A stretch of 64,000 nt of DNA from Octopus vulgaris. Lineage: Eukaryota. Positions 1-14,520 of the stretch are shown piece after piece. The stretch covers positions 88,598,001 to 88,662,000 of the forward strand of contig OX597825.1 of the NCBI GenBank assembly GCA_951406725.2, in the 5' to 3' direction. Numbering within the stretch: the first letter of the stretch is position 1; each line of letters starts with the position of its first letter. Made by a program: the position numbers and the translations under genes. The notes under the pieces were generated by a model. The model was not told the DNA's origin, searched no databases, and saw nothing but the letters and a program-made list of their open reading frames with translations.

Positions 1-854
1 AAAAAAAAAATTTTGCTATAATAATCAGTAATTACTAGGCTAGTGTCACATTTACTCAGAATACAAAGGTCAAATCACTTTATGATCAATCTATTCTCTA
101 TGTTTCCTTATTAATGATTGTCTTCCATGAGAATTCAATGCCATGAATATTGGCCTACATTCCGGCTTGGTTTCTATAAGAAACTGACCGAAGATGAATA
201 CGAAAATATACATGAAGATGAATATGAAACAACTAGATTTCTTTATAGATTTCTTCAAAATGAATTTCTTTTAAGTTTTTCCTTAAAGGACACTTTGTGG
301 AATTTAAATATTCTTATATGATTTGGCTGAGAAATATTTTCTGCACTGACGTAAAAGGATATAGACAATATGCACATATAAAATTCAAATGCACAGTCAC
401 AAGTACAGTGCATTCCTTCTCTGACATGTGCACAAACACTTTGACATACGTACACACGTTCCTACACTAACATATTTATGATAAGAGGTGAATAAAGCAT
501 GTTGTCTCGTCCAGATTACGTATCGTAGTCGCATTCTTAGAACGAATGCGACTACTGAAGTGGATTTATGAATGCGGGTGTCATTTGTGTGAATGTTTGC
601 ATTGTATACAAATACACGTAGACTTCTATATTTTAGTCAGATGAGTAAACAGATCTCATGGGCAGTATAGGGTCCTCGAGATGTGTCAGTGTGAAGGAGG
701 TTTCCCTCAAACTGAAAACAGGGCTTAATTAATAAATGGACTTCTATTAATGTGGCCAATGTTCCAGCTGAACCATAGAGAATAGTAAATTTACTAACAC
801 CTACTCACATGTGTGTTTATATTCGTATGTACGTAAGTATTTCAATGTATGTAA

Positions 855-1006
<152 letters not shown>

Positions 1007-1745
1007 ATGGAAGGGTGAGGTGTATGCTACGCAGTATAGGAGAATTTGCCTTTGCAAATGCAACTGAATTTGAAATATATGTACTTGTTTTTTTAAAAGA
1101 TTTATTTACATAAATACCAAACTAATTTCAACAATCTTTTTTTTATCAATTGTGTGCAATTATATATAAAACAATGGGATTTTTAGCATTTTTAAAATTA
1201 CGAGGTAGAAATCGAAGAAATGATCAAATGTTCACATAAAATTCATTGACAGAGATTGAAAGATATCAGCATAAATGTTTGGCGAAAAGTAAAATAAATG
1301 TACATTACTAAAACTTCGGTCACATGGATATTTTATAGAATCGGTGGACAAGAGAGAGAAAAAAGAAAGAAGACTGTAAATATAGATTTTTTAGTCCTGT
1401 ATGAAGTTCTTTTTTAAGTCACGTATTAATCTTTGGGAATCAGACAATCTTGTATAAATGTTTTCACGTGAAACGATCTAATTTTTGATTCGTTACGATT
1501 TTGATGACGCCTTATTCTTTCTGCTTGATGTTTTTGGTCAAAAAATAGATTTTGTTTTGGCGTTAGAGTTTTGGTTGGTTGGTTGGTTAGTTGTTTGGTT
1601 GGTTATTACCCTGTACAGAAGAGGTTTTGATTGGTAGTCGGTTTCGTGATGTCACTTTTGATAAAGAACTTGTTTTTGCCTTGGTCAAGTTTGGGCGTTC
1701 TGCTCGGTTGACATATATATATGTATATGTATGTAAGGTATATGC

Positions 1746-1776
<31 letters not shown>

Positions 1777-1826
1777 TATATATACATCCTTAGATACATT
1801 TATATATGTGTTTATGTGTATATACA

Positions 1827-1905
<79 letters not shown>

Positions 1906-4900
1906 GTATATATGTATATGCGTATATGCATATATGTATATGCATATATATAGATATTATATACGTGATGCACGCGCTCACGCACGAAAACACATACATG
2001 GTGTTATTCTGAATTGTTTTTTGCAATAGTGAATCGCAGAATATAGGAATCCTGTTTGCACAATGTTAAATATTAACATAGGACAGAAAGAAAGTAATGC
2101 AATAACGGCTGCTATGAAAAAATAAAAGTTCCAGACAAAAGCTGGCGTTCGCGAAGTGAATATAAGATTTCTAGTTAGCGATAGAGATGACATTTTCGAC
2201 GTAGTAAAAGCCAATTACAAACAGTGAGAAGAAATCAACTTGACATAGAAGCAAGAATAATTCAATCGATACATTGAATGCAACCATATCGAAAGTGGGA
2301 GTCAAGGACCAATATTATTAAGTGCAACTATGAACAGTTTCTTAATATTTTCTTTGGTTTCTTTTCGATTGGTCCTAACGAGATGCTTTTTCTTTCATAG
2401 AAACTTTTTTTCTCTTGCATTATTTAATTTTTCTTATATATTGACAACTGATTTACTTTGCGTGAATTGTTCAATGAAGCCATTATTTTAGAATGTTCAT
2501 TTTTGTTTGTTTCACTGTATGTTTTATTGTAAAGTCTCATAAAATATATCACGATTGTTTCAAGTAACGGAAATACGAAGTCAAATACAAAACAGAAATA
2601 AATTACAGTATTTATGGTACAGACACAAAACTGTGCATATATAATGAGTCACATTTGATGAATTACACCATTATGTGCGACAAATGTTGCTTTCAAGCGC
2701 TTACAAAATTAAATATATTTTAAAATATAACACAAAGTCTTTTTTCCAAATGTCATCTACCGACAAAGCATCTGTTCAAAAATGTATGAAAATAGAAACT
2801 AGATTCATAATCAATATCAATATGATGTCCCGCTTAATTGCTCACGTGCACGAAACGAACTGATTCAGTTCTCCGTTTTATTAATTCATGAACTCAGTGA
2901 ACAGTTCCGCGATTTTGAAATAAAATGTGTCTACAGATTTATATAGACAACATATCTCTTTGAAACTTTGAAATTTAGATTTATTGAAATGTATTTAGAT
3001 ATTTAATGTATTAATGTGCGTCTAATATAACTATTATGCACAATAATGTAAAATTGCGGTGAACGTAATCATTTCGCCGCTGTTTTGTTGCTTGAGTGGA
3101 GAGATGTAAGTTTGTTATAAGGCTATTGAATATATTACTAATATAGTTCTAATATAGTTCTTAGATACCACATGAAAAATTCAAATCTGTTTTAGAAGAG
3201 AAAAGTAAAAGTTTGTATAAAAGTAAAGTTCGATTCGAATTATTAAATATGCCGCTATCGTAAATCACGAAATAGTAAACTATTTCTAGAAGTTAAGGGG
3301 AGACATTTGATTCTAGGTCTTGTTGCCATTTGAATACACACACAACAACTTAATTCCAAATTGAATTTTATCTTACTAATAGCTTTGAAAATGCGGCTAC
3401 AGTTCTAGTAATCGTTATGGTTCTATATCTGATTTCTGTCGCATTTCGACCGAGTGATGTAAAAGTTCAATGAAAAATATTTACTGAATCAAAGTGATCA
3501 CTTCATCGTTGTAGTTACATGATCAGGTGTTTTGAAATTTTATTGGTAATATTGAGATTAGTTTTCTGACATGTTTCTTTTTTTTTTAAGAGTCCATTGA
3601 CTAGTTACTCTCCTTCAGAGTTCTTTTAACAAATAATGTTTAGCAGGAAAAATATTAATTAATTACCTAATGATATATTTTTGAAACGGACACCTGTAGC
3701 AAGATTAATGATTAAGTATATGATGTGATTTAAGAGGAGCATGAAATGAGAATATTGTGTGAGTAAACAAATGTCAACATATATATTTCTCAGTGTTCTA
3801 CTCTTGGAGCAATGCCTTAGGAATGTACGAAGTCGATGCAAAACTGAAATCTGTTCATTGTGCCATCCGTATAGAGTCTTCAAATATCGCCACATACAAA
3901 ACATAAACATAATCGGAAGTGAACTTCGTTTCATTTGAACAAACAGGAGTTGAATCTTTTTACCTGAACACTAATTCTAATCATCGCAGATGCATAGATA
4001 CTACTTATATTATCTTATTGTGGCGGAGGATACAACTGAAAAACAATACATATAAATATAAAGCTCTCAATAATTTATAACTCTACACCAACCTATATAT
4101 ATAAATATATAATAAGGTACTGAGAAATATCTTCAGTTAATTCTTTTACCTATTTCAGATTCCAGTAATAATATCTACTACATGTCTGTAATATTTGGAG
4201 TAGAAATTATTCTTTATGCTTTTTTATGACGCGTACGACAGTGGGGTGTACGTGAATGCCTGTTCTCGCTTAGAAATTTACCTCATGTATTTGAAATATA
4301 TAATGCTAATGAATGCATGCACTTCTTGAAACAAAGTGTCTTTGTGAACAATGCTTATGTTACCATTATTTTGGTTGAATAACCAAAAACTACTTATATA
4401 CATGTATAATATATTATACATGTATTATTTAAATCAGACGTAGTTTTAGCCGCAGAAGGTGAAGGTTGTGTACTGACAGCTGAATATTGTAAATTCCTGG
4501 AATATTAAATATGAAGTCATCGAATAGCATAATTAGTGAAACGATTGATCACCCTTTGAAATATATAATATGTTGGTAATAGTGTGGAACAATATCTCAC
4601 TCGGGACTTAATGAATGGTTACAACAGAAAAATCATTTGTGTGTAAAGTTGATGAAAGCAAACCGAAATGCAGGTTGTCTTCTTAAAATGCTGTGAAAAC
4701 TGCTTTTTCCAACAAATGGAAAATTTATTAAATTAAATTTTAGAAACTGCAATATCTATATATTTCTCTTTGACAAGTTAAATTTATCAATGTTCGCAAA
4801 TGCATAAAACACTGACAAATCTAATCTGTAACAAAAACGATTTATTTGATAAATCCATTGAATTAAAATGCATTTGTAAACGGACTGAATTCCATATGAA

Positions 4901-5556
4901 CAGGAGAGAACCTCCCTCCCGACTCAGCAAACCACTAAAAGCTCCGATTCCACTGAACATCGTCAGATTCAGGTGAAATCTTCCTTAAGAAAGTAAACTG
5001 AATAGTTAAATGCTTACTGACAAAACTCAATCTGATCATGATTATAATTCTGTGAGAGAATTGGTAAATTCGTTTATGATTAAATATAATAAACATACTA
5101 TGTTTAGAAAAAATTTCCAGAGGAATAAACTAATACTACAGAATATAAAATGTTGAAATACATTCACTTCTAGCTCGAATTCGTGATACACATCTACTAA
5201 TCCACAATGGTAGAATCTGGGAACATTGTGTACATCGAAGCGGGACAAAACAAACTTACGTCTGGTTATCACTATTCAGATATCGTTACGTACATCATTT
5301 CACATCACACGATCCATAGCCATGTCGAAGGAACCTCTGCTGGCAAGCGACCAAATTTGATGGCATTCCTCTTATTATCCTCCGTGATGTCCAGTTTAAT
5401 TTTAGGCTGTACATTCAACTCTAGCCTCTTCCTCTAATTCCCGCCAATCTGACTAACTCCGTTTGCTTGATATTTAAATTTCGTACACCAGTTCAAACAA
5501 TGACACACACACATATACATACATACACATACGTACAGCCATACATACACACATAA

Positions 5557-5587
<31 letters not shown>

Positions 5588-5794
5588 CGTATATATACAG
5601 ATACATATATACATACACACATGCACAAAGAAGAACACAGAAATTTGCATACAAACACACACATGCCCGAAATGTAAAAAAAACACACTACTACTTTCTT
5701 ATGTTGCTGTTGGGACATCTAAGAAATTGTTTCTCTTCATCATGTTATTTGTGCTTTTGCATCCCAACTCCACATTTATATATCTTTATATATG

Positions 5795-7745
5795 AGGTTG
5801 TGGAAGAAAGAGCAGAGAAACATGTACTGTACAAGAAACCCGCACGATCAGCAAAGTGGATTTCGGAGGAGACTATTGCAATAGCAGAAGAGAGAAGGAG
5901 AGCAAAGATGACCAGAAGCAGGGATGAAGTGCAATGTTCCAACAGGCCGCCAGGAAGGACAAAAGAGAAATACTGGAATGAGGAATGTGCAAGGGCAGAG
6001 GAGGCATACAGGAAAGGGAACATGAGAGAACTTTACCAACATGTAAAGAAGATCCGTACAGCTTTCATGGCCAGACAAGTAACCATCCGAGGGAGAAATG
6101 GTGAAGAACTGCATGACCAAGAAGGGATCAGGACAAGATGGAAAGAGTACACTGAACAGTTGTGTGCAGGGAACAACCTCGATGAACAGGTAGAAGAGAA
6201 GCCACTGGAACTGGATCCAGACATCCTGGAGGATGAGATGGTATGGGCAATGAAACTGTTGGCCAACCGATTGGAAACCCAGGTGCTGATGGCATTCCAC
6301 TAGAATTACTCAAGCCAATACCAACAAAAACACTAACATCACTTTGCCAACGAATATGGAGAACCTGTAAGTGGCCAAGGGAATGGAAAAGGTCCGTTTT
6401 CATCCCAATACCAAAGAAAAGAGATACCAAGGACTGCGCAAACTACCGTACCATCACCCTGGTCCCCATGTAAGCAAAATCCTCCTTAAAATCATCCAGA
6501 AGCGCCAGAACACAACTATTGAGAGAGAATTGCCAGAGGTGCAAGCTGGTTTCAGAAAAGGGAAGAGGCACCCGTGATCACATCGCCAACCTACGGTGGA
6601 TTATGGAAAAGGCAAGAGAATACCAAAAGAAGTTGCACATGTTGTTTCATCGATTACTCCAAAGCCTTCGACAGCATTGATCATGACAAGTTATAGAAGT
6701 GTCTGGAGGAAATGGGAACACCTTTACACCTTGTCCAGCTTATTAGATCACTCTATCGAAACCAAGAGGCTACAGTACGGACACCATATGGTGACACTGA
6801 TTGGTGTGAGATTGGAAAAGGCACTCGGCAAGGTTTCATCCTGTCACCAGCAGCCTTCAACGTGTACGCTGAAAAGGTCATGAGGAATGCAGGCCTGGAG
6901 GATAGCAGCATTGGAGTGAGGATTGGAGGAAGAAATATTAATAACCTTTGTTATGCAGATGGTACAACCCTGTTGGCGGAGAGTGGTAAGGATCTGGAGG
7001 ATCTTGTCCTGCTGGTCAAGACAGAGAGTGAGGAATTTTGGCTGTACCTCGATGTTAAGAAAACGAAGGTCATGTCAACAGCAGACACAACAAACATCAG
7101 CATCAAGATCGATAATGAAGAGATCGAAGTGGCTGATGATTTCATCTTCCTTGGCTCCAAAATAAATCGAGATGGTGACTGCACTCCAGAAATAAGACGG
7201 CAGATAGTACTAGGCAGAGAGACAATGGTCAGCATGAGCAGGGTCTGGAAGAGTAGAGACATCAGACTCGCTACCAAATGCAGATTGGTGAATGCAATTG
7301 TCTTCCCAATAGCAACATATGGAAGCGAGACTTGGACACTAAAGAAAGCTGACCAAAGGAGAATTAATGCATTCGAGCTTTGGTGTTGGAGAAGACTTTT
7401 GCCGATTCCATGGACAGCGAGGCTCACCAAGGGAGAAGTTCTTAAGCAGATAAGGCCGAAAATGTCGCTAGAAGCTGGGATCACCAAGCGTAGATTGGCA
7501 TAATTCGGTCATATTATGCGGAGAGAATCCCTGGAGAAGGACATCATGTTCGGAATGGTCAGTGGCAAGAGAGGAAGAGGCCGACCAAGAACCCGCTGGC
7601 TTGACACCATCAGGAGTGATACCGTAGTGGACATGGCCAGTCTGAAGGAAGCGGCCCAGGATAGAACTGACTGTAGGACACTGATGCAAAGAGTGATCGA
7701 GAGTCGACTTCGACTGAGCGGTTAGAGAGAGACAGAGAAGGAAAG
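5795..7745 (+). mobile_element. RTE-clade (BovB-like) LINE, 5'-truncated and disrupted
   Basis: RT motifs spread over frameshifted ORFs: PGADGIP, WKRSVFIPIPKKRDTKDCANYRTITL, QAGFRKG, KGTRQGFILSP, NLCYADGTTL (YADD mutated), YGSETWTL, GKRGRGRP; ends in an AG-rich tail; internal stops. Confidence 0.93.
6712..7503 (+). pseudogene. Largest RT fragment of the RTE LINE ORF
   Basis: 263-aa ORF with RT core and thumb; catalytic YADD reads YADG. Confidence 0.85.
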
Positions 7746-7837
7746 AGATGCTCTTCTAGATTGCCTCACATCCAAGCTACTTGTTAAATTAATGCACATG
7801 GATATTGAAACGATCGTAGGTACTAAGTAATCGACAG

Positions 7838-8201
7838 TTATATATATATATACACATATATACATATCCATATATACATAGATACATATAAATATATGTA
7901 TATACATATCCATATATACATACATACATATATATATACAAATATATATATATATACATATGCACACATATATACATATACACATATATAGATGTACATA
8001 TATATATACACATATATAGATATACATACATAGACACATATATAGATACATACATATATATATATAAATACATACATAAAAACGTATATATACACACATA
8101 TATATACATATATATATATATACACACATATATATATATACATCTATATATATATACTTATATATACATATATACATATATCTATATCTATCTATCTATC
8201 T

Positions 8202-8234
<33 letters not shown>

Positions 8235-8295
8235 TTATATATATATATGTATATATCTATATCTATCCATATATATATATGTGTATATATCTATA

Positions 8296-8328
<33 letters not shown>
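7838..8328. repeat. Degenerate (TA)/(CA) microsatellite
   Basis: Direct inspection. Confidence 0.95.
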
Positions 8329-8330
<2 letters not shown>

Positions 8331-8546
8331 CGGAGATGTACTCGCATAGCAAGTAATTTGATCTGAGATCGTGTGCTGAAACGAAAACAATTGCAGCGTG
8401 GGAGGTGTTTAGAAGCTTTAAGAAACACACAAAAGCCGTTCGATTCACTCCAACATTTAAGTTTAATTTGTCAAAATATTTTCGTCGCTAAAATCCGCGA
8501 CCTGTTCACTGACAAAGTCCGTGCTGCATCTAAGCACGGACTTTGT
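8329..8546 (-). mobile_element. Short PLE pseudo-LTR remnant, family X copy 1
   Basis: Flanked by (TA)n; homologous to 30668-30880; carries a minimal hammerhead and a 14-bp terminal snap-back hairpin. Confidence 0.7.
8467..8516 (-). ncRNA. Minimal type I hammerhead ribozyme, G3-C8 core variant
   Basis: Minus strand: UUUGUCA-GUGAACA-G-GUCGC(GGAUUUUA)GCGAC-GAAA-AUAU-UU^-UGACAAA; 7-bp helix I, 5-bp helix II, palindromic minimal helix III. Confidence 0.7.
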
Positions 8547-8547
8547 T

Positions 8548-8580
<33 letters not shown>

Positions 8581-8929
8581 TTAGTATTAATATGAGGAAA
8601 TCTACATTAGAAAACTCTTCAGAAAGATATAAACGTATGTAAAATAATTGTTGTATTAAAAATATAAATATATGTAAATATACGTAAAAATGTTTAAGTA
8701 TAAATATATAATGTATATTACAGTTTAAAAGTTTTGAATTAAGTTTTGAGAGATCGTTTCACAGGAGTGCTCTCCCTATAATAAAAAAACTATATTGATA
8801 AGCATTTATAAACAACTCTTCTGCTCTTCAGAGATATAGAATTCAAACGTCAAAGCTGTCGAGATTTTAAAGGAAAAGTCTTCTTTCACTGTAATAACAC
8901 TCTACTTGTTGGTCACACAAAAGAAATTT

Positions 8930-10375
8930 TGGAATGTGATCATCTTCCATTTGAAGAACATGTCCTATCGTCCTACACTCGATTCTCAGCAGCATGCTTT
9001 TGGTATCTTACCTTGCCATTTTTATGTTGCAGCTACTACACATACAGTACATTTGAAATGTTTCTAGTTCTTTTATATGTCTGTAATTGGTAATCTGTGC
9101 CTCTCCACCATACAAAAGCGTGCTCAAAATACAAGATTTCGATACCTATTTTAGTTTTTAGACACCGAATTCACCCCACAAACAGTGGAATATTTTCCTA
9201 AAGCACTTGTAACTTTAGTCTTGAAGTTTACTGTACTTCTAGCATATTTTAAGGACCTGAATTGCAGTGGCTTATTGTCAATCATCACATTTGGATCTTG
9301 AGTATATCCTGTCTCCTGAATAATACTTCAGTCGTGTTGATGTTGATGGTTTATCTAAATACAAGAGCTGCCGTAGCAAACAATGACTGGTTGATCAATT
9401 TTCTCAAACGTATGAGAATTCAAAATACAATCATTAGCAGACAGGAAACCACATAGAGTCTCTGCCTTGGTCTTTTCCTTTGATCTCAAACTTTAACCGT
9501 TTAGGTTTAGGAAACATCCTTTTGTGCGAAACTGAAATTTTACACCTTCACAGTAATCGATTAAAGCAAATTGGAGCATCAGCGGAAATATGGAAGAGCA
9601 GTAGAGCAGTATAACACAGCCCTGTTTAATTCTTGTAGCAACAGAAAATGTCACAGGTTAGTCCTTCGTGCAAAGTTACTATTATCAGGATGACCATCGT
9701 TTGACAAGAATTTTCCAGAGCACCTCACGATTCACAGTAACAAAGGCCTTGGTCAAAATGAGAAAGACTATGTACAAGTCAATGATTTTCTTGACTTGTG
9801 TCTCGCTCAGCCTAAAATCCACATTAGGATTCAAGATATAGTCTGTTTACTACATGCATATTAATGCAGTTAAGAATCACCTTTGCAGGAATTTTGCCAG
9901 CAATGCACAATAAAGTTATTCCCTTCGATTATCAGCTGCACTCGTTTTCCCTTTATTTTTGCACAAATGCGTTATTGATACATCTTTGACCTTTGTGGAA
10001 AACGTACGCAGGATCTTCAATCAGAATAATTCGCTCTGCTTTTATTCAAACAGCCTACAACCATGCTTCTACACGTTTTGGGGAATACCATCGTGTCCAG
10101 GAGCTTTACGACTGAATTGTTTCATTTTTTTTTCATAGCAGTACTTATTTCTTCCAGTGAAATATCTTCTGAAAGTTCCCCAATTATATGCTTCTGAAGG
10201 ATTTCATTGGTTGCTTTCAAATCGGTAGTGGATTCCTGGGTTTAAAATGATTTTAAATATTCCGCCCATCTTTTCAGAATTTCCTCTGCGTAATGAGTTT
10301 TGACGCGTCTTGACGAAGAATAGATTCCCTACCACAATTCTTGGGATCAATTACACTGTTCAGAAAGTATTTAAG
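8930..10375 (-). mobile_element. Highly decayed RTE-like LINE RT remnant
   Basis: Minus-strand translations EEILKRWA (about 10262-10290), LTKAF (about 9742-9756), VATRIKQGCV (about 9612-9642). Confidence 0.7.
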
Positions 10376-10403
10376 ATGTGAATGGGATGAAGGTTATATA
10401 TCA

Positions 10404-10459
<56 letters not shown>

Positions 10460-10462
<3 letters not shown>

Positions 10463-10784
10463 CAGTAAACCAGGAGAAAATTTTAAAACATTTACCTGTA
10501 ATTTCTTATACGATATACCGTTTCATCTGCTGATTAATGGTAAACTACCTGATTAAATTAAATCAGCCAATCTTCAGGTCAGATTTTCAGTAAATAGCCC
10601 AAGAGGAACAGATATTTTCACGAGGCATTTCCGACGTTGCCAAGTTAATATCTGACCTAAAATTTTCAAATCGTCGCACTCGCGCCAAATTTATCGGCAG
10701 CAAATAAATATAAGCCGTCGATTCCATTACGGAATTAACCAGAAAATTCATAATTAATCAATATATTGATTAATTATGAATTTT

Positions 10785-10786
<2 letters not shown>
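10460..10786 (-). mobile_element. Probable PLE pseudo-LTR remnant between (TA)n tracts
   Basis: Minus strand has CUGAAGA...GAAACGGUA hammerhead-like motifs; ends in a perfect 46-bp palindrome. Confidence 0.45.
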
Positions 10787-10833
<47 letters not shown>

Positions 10834-11639
10834 ATGGGCCCATATATGTGCTTGTATGGGTTTATACGTGTGTGCTCGTTTGTATATATATAATCATGTT
10901 TGCTGTTAATATACACCGTTAATACCATTAACACTTTAAATAATTTCCTAATCGTTACTTTCAGTTTTCTCCAATGTATATCGTTAATACTATTAATCAT
11001 AAAAAATAATATTATCCATTTCGTTTCTATTCGTGTTATTTATTATTTGGTTTCTCATATTTACCGCACATCAACAATTCACTAACTTGTATCAAATTAC
11101 ATCTTTTAACTTATCCAGTTCTCTTTTATCAATCTTCTATTATATCATCCATTATATCTCACTAAATTTCTCGCCATTATTTGACATAATTTTCTACGAG
11201 TATACTTTATTATGTACTTTATTAAATCGCATCTTTACAATCAAATTCCTGCACTAACAGATTCGCTTACTTTGTTACACTATGTCTTGTCTCTGTGTCT
11301 GTATCACTTAAACATTTACACACCATCGTCTCATGCTTGTATATCATTGTCTAAGTTTTGTCTTCAGTTACATTTGTTTATGAACATGTTTCTATGACCC
11401 CTCTTTGTCCCTGACTCTCCTTCTTACATTAATCTTCATAGTTGCTTCGATATGTATACTCCCCCATTTCTTTAAATCGCTCTCATTTCTTTAAATCGCT
11501 CAATCTTTGAAAATTTACTGTAACGCTGATACTTCTCTGAAAGTAGGGTCTCAAAAGGATTAGTTTGCTTTTTTAAAAAAACCGCTTTAGTTTGACACCT
11601 TACAGTATCCGAATTGTATTCCAGGCCCAAAAATATCTC

Positions 11640-11721
<82 letters not shown>

Positions 11722-11726
<5 letters not shown>

Positions 11727-12470
11727 CAGAGTCACAGACATGTAACCACTGAGGAAGTCGGCAATATCTTCCGACAAAATGCGAAAAATGCGAGATCTAG
11801 GCATAGTCAGAAAATTAGGAGAGCGACTGTATTGATTTCTACAAAGTAGAGAGCAAGCGGTAGCAGTCAGTGGGGCCACCTCCAAGGAAACACAATTACG
11901 TATAGTGTCTCGAAACACTGTGTTGGAGCCACTATCGTTCATAATGAATTTCTCAAATACGCTCACACCCAGGCAGCCTGCTACCCTTCAAGCTACACAA
12001 AGTTCACAGGCGTCAGCGAACCTTGGAGATGCCATACTCATGCAAGCTGAATGGGATGTCATATACGATTAGATTGAGAAATATAAAACGCAGATTAATA
12101 TTGAAAACGGCAAAGTCTATCATTATCGGCAGATGAAACTAAATGCAATGAAGACCAAATACACTGGACCAAGAAGGATTGCAATCCCAGAGCCACAGTC
12201 CGTGCGTAGCTCAGTCAACGATGTGGGTAATGAATAATTTTGAAAATGAAATGCTGACGATTGAAAACAAAAAAAAATGTGGGGACAAACGATAATGTTC
12301 CACGTGAGAATAAAATTACTTGGCTCTTTTGACCCTTGCTCCCAACTGTGGCTACCACATAGGGTTAAAATTAATGGTAGAATTCGAACAAACACAAGGA
12401 AGCTATACAAAGAATGTCTGAATACAATACATAAGCTAGAGACTCAACAATTTAAGAGTATTCCCTGAAG
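11722..12470 (+). mobile_element. Decayed non-LTR retrotransposon RT remnant (CR1/Jockey-like)
   Basis: IVSRNTVLEPLSFIM at about 11901-11946 resembles GVPQGTVLGPLLF; follows a (TA)n tract. Confidence 0.5.
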
Positions 12471-14219
12471 CGGAGTCGGCAAATATATGATATAATAATA
12501 ATAATCATGTTTGTGTGTATGTGTGTGCGCATGCGCTTAATGTAATGGAAACTGAAGTAATCAATATTTGTATCAAGATTATTAATTTAGTGCTGTCGTC
12601 ACCTTCAGAGATTCAACACGAATAATATTTTATAATAAATTCTTGATTTATGTGTGAGTTACATGAAAATAAAAATTTGGAGATGAATTCGTTTCTTTGC
12701 GTTTGGAGAAGATGATGTTTTGGGAGTGGCTGAGAAGTCCTTCGTCATTTTGAATCTTTATGTGCGTGTGTAAAAGCGCGTGCTTCTATGTGCGTGTTGT
12801 CTATCTATGTGTGGGATCTACTACATACACATACATACCTGCTTTAAATATGATATACAGATTACTACTTGGAAAGAAGTATTTCTGTCGCAAATAATAA
12901 ATTTTCATTCCAATTGATGGCTTCATGTAATATCAGTGAGTTTTCAGTCACAGTTTGACTATATTAGTTAACGGCGAATTCTGCTCAGCAGGCGGTGCCA
13001 ATGGATATTTCTTATTGGTGAAATTCAAGGAGGAAATACATAGTTACCAGTGCCACTGTACGATCTTCGCCTGCTGCCACTGGATCTTTGTCTTTTTTTT
13101 ACCAGCATACATTTATAACAGAAGTTATCAGTCGAGATAAATGTCGAGGTTTTCAACGCCATATCTGCTTTAAGTACGACATAATGCAACTAATATTGCT
13201 TCCGCCACTGATATAGTGAATACATATGCGTGAGTGTATGCTTGTGTGTGTATGTGTATTTCATAAAGTCTAATACACCAATTGTCCTTTTCTGTGATTT
13301 ATTAACATTACACACACACACACACACATATATACATATACACACAGCTCACTTACACACACACGCATACATACACACAAGCATACACAAACATAAAGTA
13401 TACGTGACTTGTCTGTAGAAGAAACCGACTCCAGAGACATTAAAATCTCAAAGTCTCACATCAACTGGAAACTTCCACAAAAATAGTGATATCGAAAGAT
13501 AGAAAGAGATAAAGGAAAGAGAAAGAGAGAGGGTCGAGGTGGGTGCAGACAACCTTTGAATGTCGCATGGTCTCTCTCAGGCAGAACTTGCCATACAACA
13601 GCAGCAAAAACAAATACACTAATTTAGTACTGAAAAGTGCAGAAAACAATATCTGACGTGTTGGAGGTGAGCTCCATACCTACTCACACACTGAAGATAC
13701 AAAGACGGTTCTGTTTGCGTCAGTGCGCTCGAGTATATGTGTACAGCTTACTACGCTCGTGCCTCTAATGTATTTTTCGCATTTAGAAATAAATATCTTT
13801 CATTTTTCCCTTTTGCCTACAACGATACTTTCGAATTTTGTCGATGCGAATTTCGACAATTTAATCTCGCTTTTAATTTAATAAATATATAGTACAATAT
13901 TGTATTTTCGTTGGGTATATATTTCATTAAAATCCGCAACGAACATGTTAAAAACTTAATAATTTCTCTTTTACAGAATCAGAGAACACAATAGCTAGAA
14001 TGTAATCAGTGTCACCTGTTTCATCTTAGCCAATCCACTGCGTATCTATACTCGATCTTACGTAATTCTTTGACATTAATATTGGTATGTTTCCATTAGA
14101 AGATTAATTTAAAATCCGTTTCATGAGCGTGTAATTTTTAGGTAATTCTTCCCCGAAATAAGACACATTCTTGTATGTTTCCTGTCAGAGTTGTTCCTCT
14201 ACGTTCACCAACTCGCCTC

Positions 14220-14520
14220 GTTCAGGCTTAACAGCCCTTCCTGTTTGTTTCAAAGTCCTGTTTTTGTTACCAACTCTGCCCCTCCGCAAAATCCCAATTT
14301 TCTTTTCAATATGTTCTGCGGGAGCAACTGTTTAATCGAAAATGTATCTTGTCGTGAATTGCTCGAAATACGAAGTAGAAAAACAGCCGACAACTGATGA
14401 AGGGTCGTTTTTTATGTTGCCTGTCTTGTTTTCTATTTGACTCTTTCGTTGTTCGCAAAAAAGGTTTGTATTCCATGTTTTCGTATTTCGCATTTCATGT
14501 TGTTTTCGTATTTCAGAATC
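14220..14520 (+). mobile_element. PLE-type terminal repeat remnant, family Y (diverged homolog of 19760-20250)
   Basis: Shared blocks aggcttaa..agccctt.ctgtt.gtttc..gtcctgttttt, a cctc.gcaaaa hairpin, ctgatgaaggg and a T-rich tail. Confidence 0.6.
14343..14405 (+). ncRNA. Non-circularly permuted hammerhead ribozyme candidate, copy A
   Basis: UGUAU-C^-UUGUCG ... GCUC-GAAA-UACG ... CGACAA-CUGAUGA-A-GGGU; all three helices pair; predicted cleavage after AUC at 14348. Confidence 0.7.

Noticed and set aside
118-321. Tyrosine-phosphatase-like exon (QCHEYWP)
   Set aside because: Only a short motif resemblance, with no clear splice sites or supporting exons.
13461-13720. Signal-peptide-like first exon on the minus strand
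   Set aside because: The hydrophobic frame has no in-frame ATG or canonical donor that I can support.
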